From assembly GCA_047602905.1 (NCBI GenBank), contig JBLKOP010000003.1, positions 15,508 through 79,507 of the forward strand: DNA of 64,000 nt, written 5' to 3'. The notes beneath the pieces were generated by a model, which was not told the DNA's origin, searched no databases, and was given only the letters and a program-made list of their open reading frames with translations. Within the stretch, counting starts at the first letter, position 1, and the number at the start of each line of letters is the position of its first letter. Position numbers and translations under genes: made by a program. Below, one piece after another: positions 18,657 through 28,289 of the stretch. Source of the DNA: Candidatus Woesearchaeota archaeon. Its GTDB lineage: Archaea; Nanobdellota; Nanobdellia; Woesearchaeales; SKIA01.

Positions 18657-19003
18657 GTGAAGAACTAACCCAAGAAGTACTGCGTAACAAAGCAACCGAG
18701 CCGCCCTTTAGCGGAAAGTACAACGATTACTTCATAGAAGGAACGTACGTGTGCGCTGGTTGCGGGCACGAACTCTTCACGTCAAAAAACAAGTACGCAA
18801 GCGGGTGCGGGTGGCCAAGCTTTACACAACCAAACAACGATTTACGAGAAGAAACAGACGACTCATACGGGATGAAACGAGTAGAAGTACTCTGCCCAGA
18901 ATGCGGCGGACACCTCGGACACGTATTTCGTGACGGACCAAAACCAACAGGGTTGCGGTACTGTATTAATAGCGCAGCACTACACTTTGAACCCAACGCT
19001 TAA
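18653..19003 (+). CDS. msrB: Peptide-methionine (R)-S-oxide reductase
   Basis: TEPPFSG, CAGC, SGCGWPSF, CPECGGHLGHVF, RYCINS; ATG 18653. Confidence 0.95.
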   Translation: MSEELTQEVLRNKATEPPFSGKYNDYFIEGTYVCAGCGHELFTSKNKYASGCGWPSFTQPNNDLREETDDSYGMKRVEVLCPECGGHLGHVFRDGPKPTGLRYCINSAALHFEPNA

Positions 19004-19034
19004 AAATAACGAGTGTCTTCTATAGTATACAGAA

Positions 19035-19490
19035 ATGCAAATAACCACGCAACACGTAACTGACACCGTCGACACACTCAACGCCGCTTTCTCACAAACA
19101 AGAATACCAGAGGACTACGAAGTCTGCAACGACTGCGTGGACCAAATAAAAGAAGCACTCCAAGAAACCATCCAAGCGTATGAAGAACTCTACGCGACAG
19201 TACGTAAAAATCAGTTACAACTCAACATGCTACAATTTCTTAACTCTGTACGAAGAATACGCAACACAAACCACTGCCTACGCATACACAGAGACCAATT
19301 CGTAGCAGAAGCAGATAAGTACTACAACCACCTAAAACTTACGTACACCTCAGACGTGGCGCCAATAATACTTAACGAAGCGTTATTAACACATGAGGAA
19401 GCAAGAAAAAGTGTGTTTGAAGCATTACACGCACTACAACGAACAGCAGCAGCGTTTGGAGTATGCACGAAACCAAAAACGTATTACTAA
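19035..19490 (+). CDS. Hypothetical helical protein
   Basis: 151-aa ORF with host-like codons, followed by a T-run at ~19528-19539. Confidence 0.65.
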   Translation: MQITTQHVTDTVDTLNAAFSQTRIPEDYEVCNDCVDQIKEALQETIQAYEELYATVRKNQLQLNMLQFLNSVRRIRNTNHCLRIHRDQFVAEADKYYNHLKLTYTSDVAPIILNEALLTHEEARKSVFEALHALQRTAAAFGVCTKPKTYY

Positions 19491-19548
19491 ACCTCGTTTA
19501 TCCTATTGCGTAAAATAACTTACCGCGGTTTTTTTTTTTAAATGAGAA

Positions 19549-19619
19549 AGCGCCCGCCCGGATTCGAACCGGGGATAGTCGCTCTGCAGGCGACGGCCTT
19601 ACCGCTTGGCGACGGACGC
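19549..19619 (-). tRNA. tRNA-Cys(GCA)
   Basis: Cloverleaf; anticodon arm GTCGC-CTGCAGA-GCGAC, GTTCGAATC T-loop, U73; no intron, no encoded CCA. Confidence 0.95.
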
Positions 19620-19660
19620 GTAAACGTAACGATTATGTGTGCGTATATAACGGTTACGAA

Positions 19661-19735
19661 TGACCCTGGAGGGATTTGAACCCTCGACCTCTCGCTTAGA
19701 AGGCGAATACTCTATCCAGGCTGAGCTACAGGGCC
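19661..19735 (-). tRNA. tRNA-Arg(TCT)
   Basis: GGCCCTG/CAGGGTC acceptor stem, loop CTTCTAA, GGTTCAAATCC; no intron, no encoded CCA. Confidence 0.95.
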
Positions 19736-19846
19736 AGGTAATACTCAAGAGGACAACGCTCTCGCTTAATAAATTGTCGCCTTTGAATTAGTTTTTTGTT
19801 GAATTCTTTTCCACAAACCTTTTTATATATCTACAAACAGAGTTAT

Positions 19847-19941
19847 TCTGAAATTCAGAGAAAGAAACAGAAAAAACAGAAAAACATTCTGATTTTCAGA
19901 TAGAAACGTGCCCGGTGGCCACCCCCTGACCAGACGGGCAC
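19847..19941 (+). promoter_or_regulatory. Two TCTGA-N3-TCAGA palindromes and a GC hairpin upstream of the AbrB-like gene
   Basis: TCTGAAATTCAGA 19847-19859, TCTGATTTTCAGA 19888-19900, GTGCCCG/CGGGCAC 19908-19941; TATA at 19821-19830. Confidence 0.55.
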
Positions 19942-19966
19942 ACCCCTTTCTCAAACAGAAACACCC

Positions 19967-20245
19967 ATGAAGAAATACCCAAAAATCCTGCAAGCAGACA
20001 CAAGAGGACAAATAGTCATCCCAAAAGACGTACGAAACGCACTAGGAATAGACGAAAACACAGGCTTCTACCTCTACGCAATACCAGAAGAAGGAATCTT
20101 TCTTAAACAAATAACCCCAGAAGAACTACCCAACTACACAAAAGAACTTGAAGAAAACGCAGAAAAAATCGGTGTAAACAAAAAAAACATTAAGAAAGCA
20201 CACAAACACTACAAACAAACACCAAGAGGACTTGAAGAACTATGA
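19967..20245 (+). CDS. AbrB/MazE/SpoVT family DNA-binding protein
   Basis: DTRGQIVIPKDVRNALGI. Confidence 0.85.
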   Translation: MKKYPKILQADTRGQIVIPKDVRNALGIDENTGFYLYAIPEEGIFLKQITPEELPNYTKELEENAEKIGVNKKNIKKAHKHYKQTPRGLEEL

Positions 20246-22344
20246 AACAACAACTCATCATACTAACACTCCTACTCTTTCTTGCACCAACAATAACTGA
20301 CCAACTAAACAGCGACTTCGCAGAAGGAACAAACACAAACATCAACATCAGCAACAACCAACTACGAATTACCGGAAGCCCAGGAAACTACGCAGCAACA
20401 GCAGAATACATAAGCCAAGAACACGACCTAGGAAGCAACCCAACAGCAACGATTAGCTGGAGCGCAACCAACCCAGCAAACACAACCCTACTACTCAGCA
20501 CACGAACAAGAGAAACAAACACGAGCAGCTGGAGCACCTACACAACCTCCATCAACCCAGCAGGAAGCACCATAAACCCCCTACAACGATACGTACAGTA
20601 CCGCCTACAACTCACAAGCACAGACGCACAAAACACGCCAGTAATAGACGCAATAACAATAGTATACACAGAACAAGGAGCAGATATTCAACCACAAACA
20701 AACCTTAACGCAAACCTAGATCAAGAAACAACAGGAAGCTACAGCTTTCACACAACAATACAAGACACCGTAGAACTCACCCAAACACAAGGAAGACACA
20801 GAATAGGAAGTGACGCATACACAACATACCAAGCACTCAACCACGTAGTAAACGATACATACCGACTCGTAATACCTGCGCCAACAGGAAACTGGGTTGC
20901 TCGCAGAGGAGAACTCCTACACATACAAATACAAGCAACCAACGAGAACAACATAACAAACCAAGAAACCTACAGCATACTCATACAAGAAATAAACACC
21001 CCACCAACCATTACCGCAGTAGCAGACCAACAAGCAACAGAAGGAGAAGAACTTGTTCTTAGCGTACTCGCAAACGACGCAGACGCAGACACACTCAACT
21101 ACACAGCAACACACGGAACAATAACCAAAATAACCAATACCGTAGCGGACTGGAGCTGGACGCCACAAGCAAGCAACATAGGACTAACCAACGTAACCAT
21201 AACAGTAACTGACGGAATAGACAGCGCAAACACAACCTTTAGCGTGAATACAACACCAAGCCCAAAAGCACCAGTAATACGAGAAATAAGTGACGTAACA
21301 GCGTACTACGGAGAAAGAATAATCATAGACATAATCGTAGATGATGAGAATGAAGAAGAAAACATAACGTACCAAATAAGCCCAAACATACCCATAACGC
21401 CCATACAAACAAACCAAAGCAACACGTACATAGGACGAATGAACTTTAGCGCGTTTGACGACTACAAAGGACAAACAACCATTCATGTAACCGTAACAGA
21501 CAAAGACGGACTAACAGACACAACAAACTTCACCCTAACAATAAACTACTGCGGAGACGGAATATGCCAAGCTAACGAGAACGCAGACACCTGCCCAACA
21601 GACTGCGCAGGAACACAAAGAAACAACTACCTAGCAGTACAATTCCCAGACAGGATATGCACGAACACAACACTAACAATAACCACGCATAACGCAAGCA
21701 GCAGATACGAGTGCTTCTTAGACAAAAGAACCACACCAACAGCAGCAGCGTGGTGTGAAGAACTCCCAGGAGCAGAAATCATTTTTTACCGCCTAAACGG
21801 AGAAGTACGAACACAACAAGCAACAGCAACAACAGACAACCAAGGACAAGCAACCTTTACAGCAGAAGAAGAAGGAAGATACAGACTAGTAGCAGAAGCA
21901 GACGAGCACGTAGGAGTAACGGAGACATTCATAGCAAGAGACTGCAGCGAAGACATAACAGACCAAAGAAGAACAATACAAACACAAAGACCAAACCTAC
22001 AAGCAGGAACAATGCAACCAGTACTGCCAAGACCAGAAAGACCAGACATAACAGAAGAGCAAAGAAACATACTCGCAATAACAATATGGTTCGTACTCCT
22101 CCCGCTACTCATAGCAACAATGATATACACAACAACAGAATACTACGCACTCTACAAAGACACAGACCCAACACTACTAAAAATACAAATCTTCCTGTAC
22201 GAAAAAAAACAACAACTCAAACCGTACATAGAGCCAATACAAGAAAAATTACGTCCCGCGCTAAACTGGCTACAACAAACAATTATTCAACCTCTACAAG
22301 AACAAGTAATACAACCAATAAAACAGAAAATACAAAGAAAGTAG
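20242..22344 (+). CDS. Secreted, membrane-anchored surface protein with Ig/cadherin-like repeats
   Basis: Signal peptide; NTPPTIT...DADADTLNYT...ITVTDG repeats; CGDGICQANENADTCPTDC motif; C-terminal TM. Confidence 0.82.
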   Translation: MKQQLIILTLLLFLAPTITDQLNSDFAEGTNTNINISNNQLRITGSPGNYAATAEYISQEHDLGSNPTATISWSATNPANTTLLLSTRTRETNTSSWSTYTTSINPAGSTINPLQRYVQYRLQLTSTDAQNTPVIDAITIVYTEQGADIQPQTNLNANLDQETTGSYSFHTTIQDTVELTQTQGRHRIGSDAYTTYQALNHVVNDTYRLVIPAPTGNWVARRGELLHIQIQATNENNITNQETYSILIQEINTPPTITAVADQQATEGEELVLSVLANDADADTLNYTATHGTITKITNTVADWSWTPQASNIGLTNVTITVTDGIDSANTTFSVNTTPSPKAPVIREISDVTAYYGERIIIDIIVDDENEEENITYQISPNIPITPIQTNQSNTYIGRMNFSAFDDYKGQTTIHVTVTDKDGLTDTTNFTLTINYCGDGICQANENADTCPTDCAGTQRNNYLAVQFPDRICTNTTLTITTHNASSRYECFLDKRTTPTAAAWCEELPGAEIIFYRLNGEVRTQQATATTDNQGQATFTAEEEGRYRLVAEADEHVGVTETFIARDCSEDITDQRRTIQTQRPNLQAGTMQPVLPRPERPDITEEQRNILAITIWFVLLPLLIATMIYTTTEYYALYKDTDPTLLKIQIFLYEKKQQLKPYIEPIQEKLRPALNWLQQTIIQPLQEQVIQPIKQKIQRK

Positions 22345-22382
22345 ACAGAAAACTTATAAACAACTCTTTCTGAGTATACCTA

Positions 22383-22442
22383 ATGAACACGACAGGCTAC
22401 CAAACAAGCACCCTTCTAAACCTGGTAGTCGTCACGCTATAA
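22383..22442 (+). CDS. Candidate leader peptide (ilvL-like) for the acetolactate synthase gene
   Basis: MNTTGYQTSTLLNLVVVTL*; CTTATAAA box at 22353-22360; hairpin at 22450-22479. Confidence 0.6.
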   Translation: MNTTGYQTSTLLNLVVVTL

Positions 22443-22496
22443 CAAGCACGTGTTCCCATAAAACATTGTCTGGGAGCACAGATACTTCTCTACACC

Positions 22497-24281
22497 ATGA
22501 AACAAACAACCAAACTGCAAGAACCGGCCGCGACAACAAAGCAAGAACAAGCAGTACAAGTCGTCAAACAAACCTTTACAGGAGGAGAAATACTTCTTAA
22601 AACACTTCAAGAACTCGCAAAAAAACACCCAGGAATACGAAGAATAGCAGGACACCACGGAGGAGCAATACTACCGTTTTATGAGTACTACACAAAAAGC
22701 GAGTTGTACAAAGGATACATACACGCACCAAACGAACAAATAGCCGGCTTTATCGCAAAAGGGTACGCAAATACCAACAACGAAGTAGGAGTAAGTATCG
22801 CAACAAGCGGGCCAGGAGCAACAAATCTCCTCACACCATTGTATGACTGTTTTATGGACAGCACACCAGTAGTGTTCATAACAGCAAACGTACCAACAAC
22901 CGTATCAGGAAGCATGGCATTTCAAGAAGCACCAATAACACACATGGCTTCAACAGTAACAAAAAAAACGTACTACGTAACGCAAGTAGAATACCTTCAA
23001 GAAACACTACACGAAGCATTCAACATAGCAAGAAAAGGAAGACCAGGACCAGTACTTATAGACATACCAAAAGACGTACTCCTAGCAGAGACAACACACA
23101 AACAAGTGAGTATACAAGAAAAAACCATTTCTTTACCCATCGACGTAAGCACTATACGAGAAGTGATAAGCAAAGCAAAAAAACCACTTATTTACGCAGG
23201 AGGAGGAATAAAAATGGCAGACGCAAGTACTTTGCTAAGAGAATTCGCAAACAAATACGAAATACCAGTAACCACCACGCTCAAAGCAAAAGGCGTATAC
23301 CCAGAAACACACCCACTCGCACTGCGCATGCTAGGAATGCACGGAACAGCATACGCAAACTACGCAGTACACGAAGCAGATCTCTTACTCGTACTCGGAG
23401 CGCGCTTTGATGACCGAGTAACAGCAAACCCTGATGAGTTTGCAAAACAAGCATACATCATACACATAGACATAGACCCAAAAGGAATAGGAAAAAACAG
23501 ACAACCACACATAACACTACAAGCAAACGTAAAAGAAGCACTCAAAGAACTGCTCAAAGAAGACATACAAACACAAGACTACACTCAGTGGCATAAACGA
23601 ATACAAGAACTCAAACAAACATACCCACTAGACTATGACAGAGACAAAACACTCAAAGCACAACAAGCAATAGACATCCTCTGGGCAATAACCAAAGGAG
23701 AGCACGCAATAATAGCAGACGTAGGACAACACCAGATGTGGGCAGCACAACACTACGCAACAGCAATACCAAACGGCTTTGACACAAGCGCAGGAAGCGG
23801 AACAATGGGCTGTAGCTTAGCACAAGGGATAGGAACGTACTACGCACGAAGAGAAGCAGGAGAACAAACGCCCGTAACAGTAATTTGTGGAGATGAGAGT
23901 TTTTTGATGAACCCACAAACACTCAAGCTATACGCACAAGAACAACTAGACATACTCGTACTCATCATAGACAACAAAGAAGAAGACGGAACACCAGGAG
24001 GAATGGTAAAACAATGGTACACAGACGTGCACAACAACACACAACAACCAGTAAAAGGAAAAACAGACATAGTAGCAATAAGTGAAGGCTTTGGAGTACC
24101 AGCAGTAGAAACAAACAACGCAGAAGAACTCATAAGACACATAGAAGAAGCAGTTAGTGTGAAGGGGCCAAGACTCATCAACATACGAGTAAACCCAAAC
24201 GAGAAATGCCTACCAATACTACCACCAGGAAAAACAATCAACGAAATGAGAACGTATCAAGATATCTCATCAGGAAGATAG
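22497..24281 (+). CDS. ilvB: Acetolactate synthase large subunit (TPP enzyme)
   Basis: TSGPGATN, AFQE, GRPGPVLIDIPKD, MLGMHGT, GARFDDRVT, DVGQHQMWAAQ, GMVKQW. Confidence 0.9.
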   Translation: MKQTTKLQEPAATTKQEQAVQVVKQTFTGGEILLKTLQELAKKHPGIRRIAGHHGGAILPFYEYYTKSELYKGYIHAPNEQIAGFIAKGYANTNNEVGVSIATSGPGATNLLTPLYDCFMDSTPVVFITANVPTTVSGSMAFQEAPITHMASTVTKKTYYVTQVEYLQETLHEAFNIARKGRPGPVLIDIPKDVLLAETTHKQVSIQEKTISLPIDVSTIREVISKAKKPLIYAGGGIKMADASTLLREFANKYEIPVTTTLKAKGVYPETHPLALRMLGMHGTAYANYAVHEADLLLVLGARFDDRVTANPDEFAKQAYIIHIDIDPKGIGKNRQPHITLQANVKEALKELLKEDIQTQDYTQWHKRIQELKQTYPLDYDRDKTLKAQQAIDILWAITKGEHAIIADVGQHQMWAAQHYATAIPNGFDTSAGSGTMGCSLAQGIGTYYARREAGEQTPVTVICGDESFLMNPQTLKLYAQEQLDILVLIIDNKEEDGTPGGMVKQWYTDVHNNTQQPVKGKTDIVAISEGFGVPAVETNNAEELIRHIEEAVSVKGPRLINIRVNPNEKCLPILPPGKTINEMRTYQDISSGR

Positions 24282-25213
24282 GAGAGTTTGTAATAGCTAA
24301 TAGTCGATGCGTAGCGGATTTCACGAATCCACTGAAACTGCTGCCTGAGAGAATCAAGGTAATCAAGCAGCTCGTTTTTGTCTGTAAATTCCATTTCAGC
24401 CTCGAAATCTGCGCATAACAGACCTGAAACTGTAAATACTGTGTTAGGATGCAGCTCTATTTCGCTACGTAAGGAGGCTAGGCCAGTAAGGTTATCTAGT
24501 TGAAATTCCAAATAATAATTCTGCATCCCAATCTTTGAAATATTAATATCTGCACGTGTCGCCAACAATAACCCATTCTGCTGAAGCTTTCGTAGATGGT
24601 AGGTGACTACACGTGCGCTGACACCAGCGTGTTGTGCAATATCAATTGCCTTCATACGTGCATCTTTATTGAGTGCACGTAGGATTGATATGTCCGTTTT
24701 GTCATACTCATTTGTAGTCTCTGAGCGCACCGTCTCTCTGCTAAAACGATCAGAACCTAGATATCCTCTCGTAAACTCCTTAAGTGAGGTGATGATGCTA
24801 ATCTGTATGTCATCGATATATTGTGTGAATTGCTTTTTAAGTTGTGATACTTTCTGCTCAAAGGAAGAAATATCTTTGTGCCAACTAATGAAGCCAATAT
24901 CGTATTCTCCGTCGCGAAGAAATATTTGGGTTGCTCCAACACGTGTATCGATAAACGACATGATTTCTTCGTGCTTGTCTCTTGTTGCTCTGATGACGCG
25001 TAAGTATGTTCGGATGGTGTGGTACCCTAGTGCTCCCATGTTCAGAATGGGATAATATCTGTTGATGATTCCTTCCTCATTGAGTTTGTCAATGTGATAA
25101 TTAACGACTTCTCTGCTGGCATGGATACGCTTAGCGATTTTCGTGGCAGGGATTCGTGCGTCAACATCAAGCTGAGCGAGTACTTTTTGGTCTTTTTTCT
25201 TCAAATATTTCAA
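24257..25213 (-). CDS. Lrp/AsnC-family regulator with two tandem HTH-RAM units
   Basis: LDVDARIPATKIAKRI...VNYHIDKL; LNKDARMKAIDIAQHAGVS...TYHLRKL; TTG start. Confidence 0.88.
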   Translation of the reverse strand: MKYLKKKDQKVLAQLDVDARIPATKIAKRIHASREVVNYHIDKLNEEGIINRYYPILNMGALGYHTIRTYLRVIRATRDKHEEIMSFIDTRVGATQIFLRDGEYDIGFISWHKDISSFEQKVSQLKKQFTQYIDDIQISIITSLKEFTRGYLGSDRFSRETVRSETTNEYDKTDISILRALNKDARMKAIDIAQHAGVSARVVTYHLRKLQQNGLLLATRADINISKIGMQNYYLEFQLDNLTGLASLRSEIELHPNTVFTVSGLLCADFEAEMEFTDKNELLDYLDSLRQQFQWIREIRYASTISYYKLSYLPDEIS

Positions 25214-25289
25214 GATAGTAGTTATAATTGTTGTTTATGTAAATAAATCTATGCTAAATTTTATTTAGTTAGTACTACTTTAAAGTAGT

Positions 25290-26324
25290 ATGAAATATCT
25301 CTATATTTGTATCGCAGTCGTACTCGCAGCACTCATCACAGGAGTGAGCATCACAGGAATGGCAACGAAAAACACTCAAGAACCATTAATAGGGGCACTG
25401 CTATCGCTAAGTGGAGCCAACGCGGGATTTGGAGAAAATCTTAGAAAAGGACTTGAACTTGGACTTGAAAACTCACACCAACTCGTCATAGAAGACACGC
25501 AAAGTAACACTCGAAACGCAGTCAGTGCAGCACAAAAACTCATCGCAGCAGGAGCAGATATCTTGCTGACAGAATACAGCGAAGACTCATACGCAGTCAT
25601 CGAAGTTGCAGAACAGTACGGTGTACCAGTTGTATGTATCGCATGCGGAAGCGTTGGGACAACAGAAAAGAGTGAATTACTCTACAGCACATGGCCATCA
25701 GACGCCATAGAAACAGCAGCGCTTGCAGAGTACGCAGACTCATATGAACATATTGGAATTATTCAGACAGAATCAATATGGGAAAACACGCTTTCAGAGA
25801 GCTTCAAAGAACAAAGCAATGCACAAATAACACACATGCAAACTCTAAGAGACACTAAGAGCTTCCAGACTGAACTGCTCAGGATACAAAACACAGACAT
25901 CATCTACGCACCAGTGTACGAGCAGCGCTACCCGCTTCTCTTCAAACAAGCAAAAGAATTAGGAATTGACGCACAGATAATGACCACAAGCTGGATTAAC
26001 GAACCAAACATTCTACAAGCATGCGCAAGTGTATGCGAAGGAGCAATCGTACCTCAGTACGCAAAACCAAACGAAGCATTTGTCAAACAATATGAAGAGA
26101 TGTACGGAGAAAAACCAGGAACTGCAGCAGACATCGCCTACGACACAGGACTACTGATTAACGCATATCTAGATCAAGAAGAACCATTTCGCGTCTTCAT
26201 GCAGGATATACAGATTCAAGGAGCGACAGGAACACTTAGCTTCGACGCAACCGGAGCACGAATGCACAGAGACGTGAACCTATATGTTATACAAAACCAG
26301 AAACTCGTAGAAATACAAAAATAA
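25290..26324 (+). CDS. LivJ/LivK-like (periplasmic binding protein type 1) substrate-binding protein
   Basis: N-terminal anchor; IGALLSLSG...GENLRKGLEL, EDTQ, AYD, GATGTLSFD. Confidence 0.85.
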   Translation: MKYLYICIAVVLAALITGVSITGMATKNTQEPLIGALLSLSGANAGFGENLRKGLELGLENSHQLVIEDTQSNTRNAVSAAQKLIAAGADILLTEYSEDSYAVIEVAEQYGVPVVCIACGSVGTTEKSELLYSTWPSDAIETAALAEYADSYEHIGIIQTESIWENTLSESFKEQSNAQITHMQTLRDTKSFQTELLRIQNTDIIYAPVYEQRYPLLFKQAKELGIDAQIMTTSWINEPNILQACASVCEGAIVPQYAKPNEAFVKQYEEMYGEKPGTAADIAYDTGLLINAYLDQEEPFRVFMQDIQIQGATGTLSFDATGARMHRDVNLYVIQNQKLVEIQK

Positions 26325-26443
26325 TCTCTTATTGATTAGCAAAATACTTTTTACAAATACCAGCTGAATACTCACGAAAGAAACTTATTTCCTACACTAA
26401 AAAACAGCCTAAACATATAAACAAGAACACAATCTTTGAAGAC

Positions 26444-27268
26444 ATGCACATACACCGCATGCTCATGAACAAAACAGGAAGAACGTTCATACAAACAGCA
26501 ATAGATGAAGACGTACAAACCCAGTACGGAGTTATAGACGCACAAATAATTACTAACGCAACAGACGGAGAAATAATTAAAAGCAGAACAGGAGAGGAAT
26601 TTGTTGTCTACACACCAAGCTTCATAGACCGATACAAACGAATCAAACGAGACGCACAAATAATTACGTTCAAAGACGCAGGAATAATACTGGCAACAAC
26701 AGGGCTAGGACCAGAAAGCATAGTAGCAGAAGCAGGAGCAGGAAGCGGAGCAATGACAGCATACCTAGCAAGACACTGCAAACACGTATACACCTACGAT
26801 ATCAACTCCCATAACCTATCCGTAGCCAAAGAAAACTGCACCGATTTAGGACTAACAAACATCACCTACACAGAACACGACATAACACAAGGAATCCCGC
26901 ACGGACCAGTAGACGCGCTCCTCCTAGACATGCCAGAACCATGGAACGTACTAAATAAAACCAAGAACTTGAAAATAGGAAGCTACATCATCACCTACAC
27001 ACCAAGCGCAACACAACTAAAACAAGTAAGAAACACAGCAGAAAAACTCGGGCTCTTACACGTACGAACAGTAGAAGTAACAGAAAGACATTGGATGGTA
27101 CGAGAAGAAGCAGTACGGCCAACAAGCCAAAACGTAGCATTCACCGCATTTCTTTGCTTTCTAAGATACATGGGAGAAGAATGGCCAAAAATACGACCAC
27201 AAAAAACACCCCAGAACACCCCAGAACAACTGCCAAGTGAAGAAATAATGCAAGAGGTATTTGGATGA
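26444..27268 (+). CDS. trmI: tRNA (adenine-N1)-methyltransferase (m1A57/58)
   Basis: KRDAQII, EAGAGSGAMT, LDMPEPW, YTPS, FTAFL. Confidence 0.92.
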   Translation: MHIHRMLMNKTGRTFIQTAIDEDVQTQYGVIDAQIITNATDGEIIKSRTGEEFVVYTPSFIDRYKRIKRDAQIITFKDAGIILATTGLGPESIVAEAGAGSGAMTAYLARHCKHVYTYDINSHNLSVAKENCTDLGLTNITYTEHDITQGIPHGPVDALLLDMPEPWNVLNKTKNLKIGSYIITYTPSATQLKQVRNTAEKLGLLHVRTVEVTERHWMVREEAVRPTSQNVAFTAFLCFLRYMGEEWPKIRPQKTPQNTPEQLPSEEIMQEVFG

Positions 27269-27795
27269 AGATATACTTTGTCAGACACGCACAAACAACA
27301 GCAAACAAACAACAAAGAATAGAAGGACACACGCACTCAAGCATAACAGAAGAAGGAAGAAAACAAGCAAACGAAGCAGCAAACAAACTACAAAACACGC
27401 AGTTTGAAGCAACGTACTCAAGTGACTTAACACGCTGCAAAGAAACAGCAGAAATAATACTCACAAAACACAACAACAAACTACTACTGGACAAACGAAT
27501 ACGAGGAAGAAACTACGGAAAATACGAAGCAAAACCCGTAGGAAGCATAGACTGGAGTGAGGAAGGAATAACGTTTGAAAACGAAGAAAACTATACACAA
27601 AGAATACTTGCATTCATAGAAGAAATACAGAAAAAACACACAAAAAACGTCCTTGTAGTAACACACGGAGGAGTAATACGAAGAACACTACATTATTTCT
27701 GTGAGCACACAAAAGAAGAAGCAATGGACAAGAACATAGAAAACGGATCAGTACTTATCGTAGATATAGACGCAAACACGTGTACTACACACTAA
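27265..27795 (+). CDS. Histidine phosphatase family protein
   Basis: VRHAQT, SSDLTRCKETA, VVTHGGVI. Confidence 0.92.
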   Translation: MKIYFVRHAQTTANKQQRIEGHTHSSITEEGRKQANEAANKLQNTQFEATYSSDLTRCKETAEIILTKHNNKLLLDKRIRGRNYGKYEAKPVGSIDWSEEGITFENEENYTQRILAFIEEIQKKHTKNVLVVTHGGVIRRTLHYFCEHTKEEAMDKNIENGSVLIVDIDANTCTTH

Positions 27796-28289
27796 ACTTT
27801 CTTAGTAAACCAAACAAACACTACACCAATAAGAACAAGCAAACAAGCCCAAGCAGCACTAAAAAGAACAAAAAAGCTTTCTGGATACGTCTGAATTAAT
27901 AAACTATCAGGAGGAAACTGCCAGTTGCCCATAGGAAAGAACACGAGATGAAAATATCGAAAAAGAACACTCCACGGAAGAAGCGCTAATAACACAGGAA
28001 GACTAACTAAGACGTAGCCAACAACACGAACAACCCCTGCTTGTATAGACGAGTACAAAACAACAAGCAATGACAAAAAACCAACAACTTGAAACACGCG
28101 AAGAACGTTAAAGACATCAACCATATGGTTGTTTGCTTCCTCAGAAAAACCCAAAACACCCTCTCCCGTATTCAAAAAACTACGAACATCCTCTTGAAGA
28201 GGAGTGAGTGGGAAAAAAAAGAAAACTGCAGAAAACGAAAGCCACAAAACAGAAACAAACAAACAACAACCAACAACTACTTGTCTCAT
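27792..28289 (-). CDS. Integral membrane protein (DUF1461-like)
   Basis: EANNHMVDV, FHLVFFPMGNWQF...LIQTYPESFF. Confidence 0.8.
   Translation of the reverse strand: MRQVVVGCCLFVSVLWLSFSAVFFFFPLTPLQEDVRSFLNTGEGVLGFSEEANNHMVDVFNVLRVFQVVGFLSLLVVLYSSIQAGVVRVVGYVLVSLPVLLALLPWSVLFRYFHLVFFPMGNWQFPPDSLLIQTYPESFFVLFSAAWACLLVLIGVVFVWFTKKV

Noticed and set aside
19549-19735. tRNA-anchored genomic island
   Set aside because: No duplicated tRNA 3' end and no integrase in the window.
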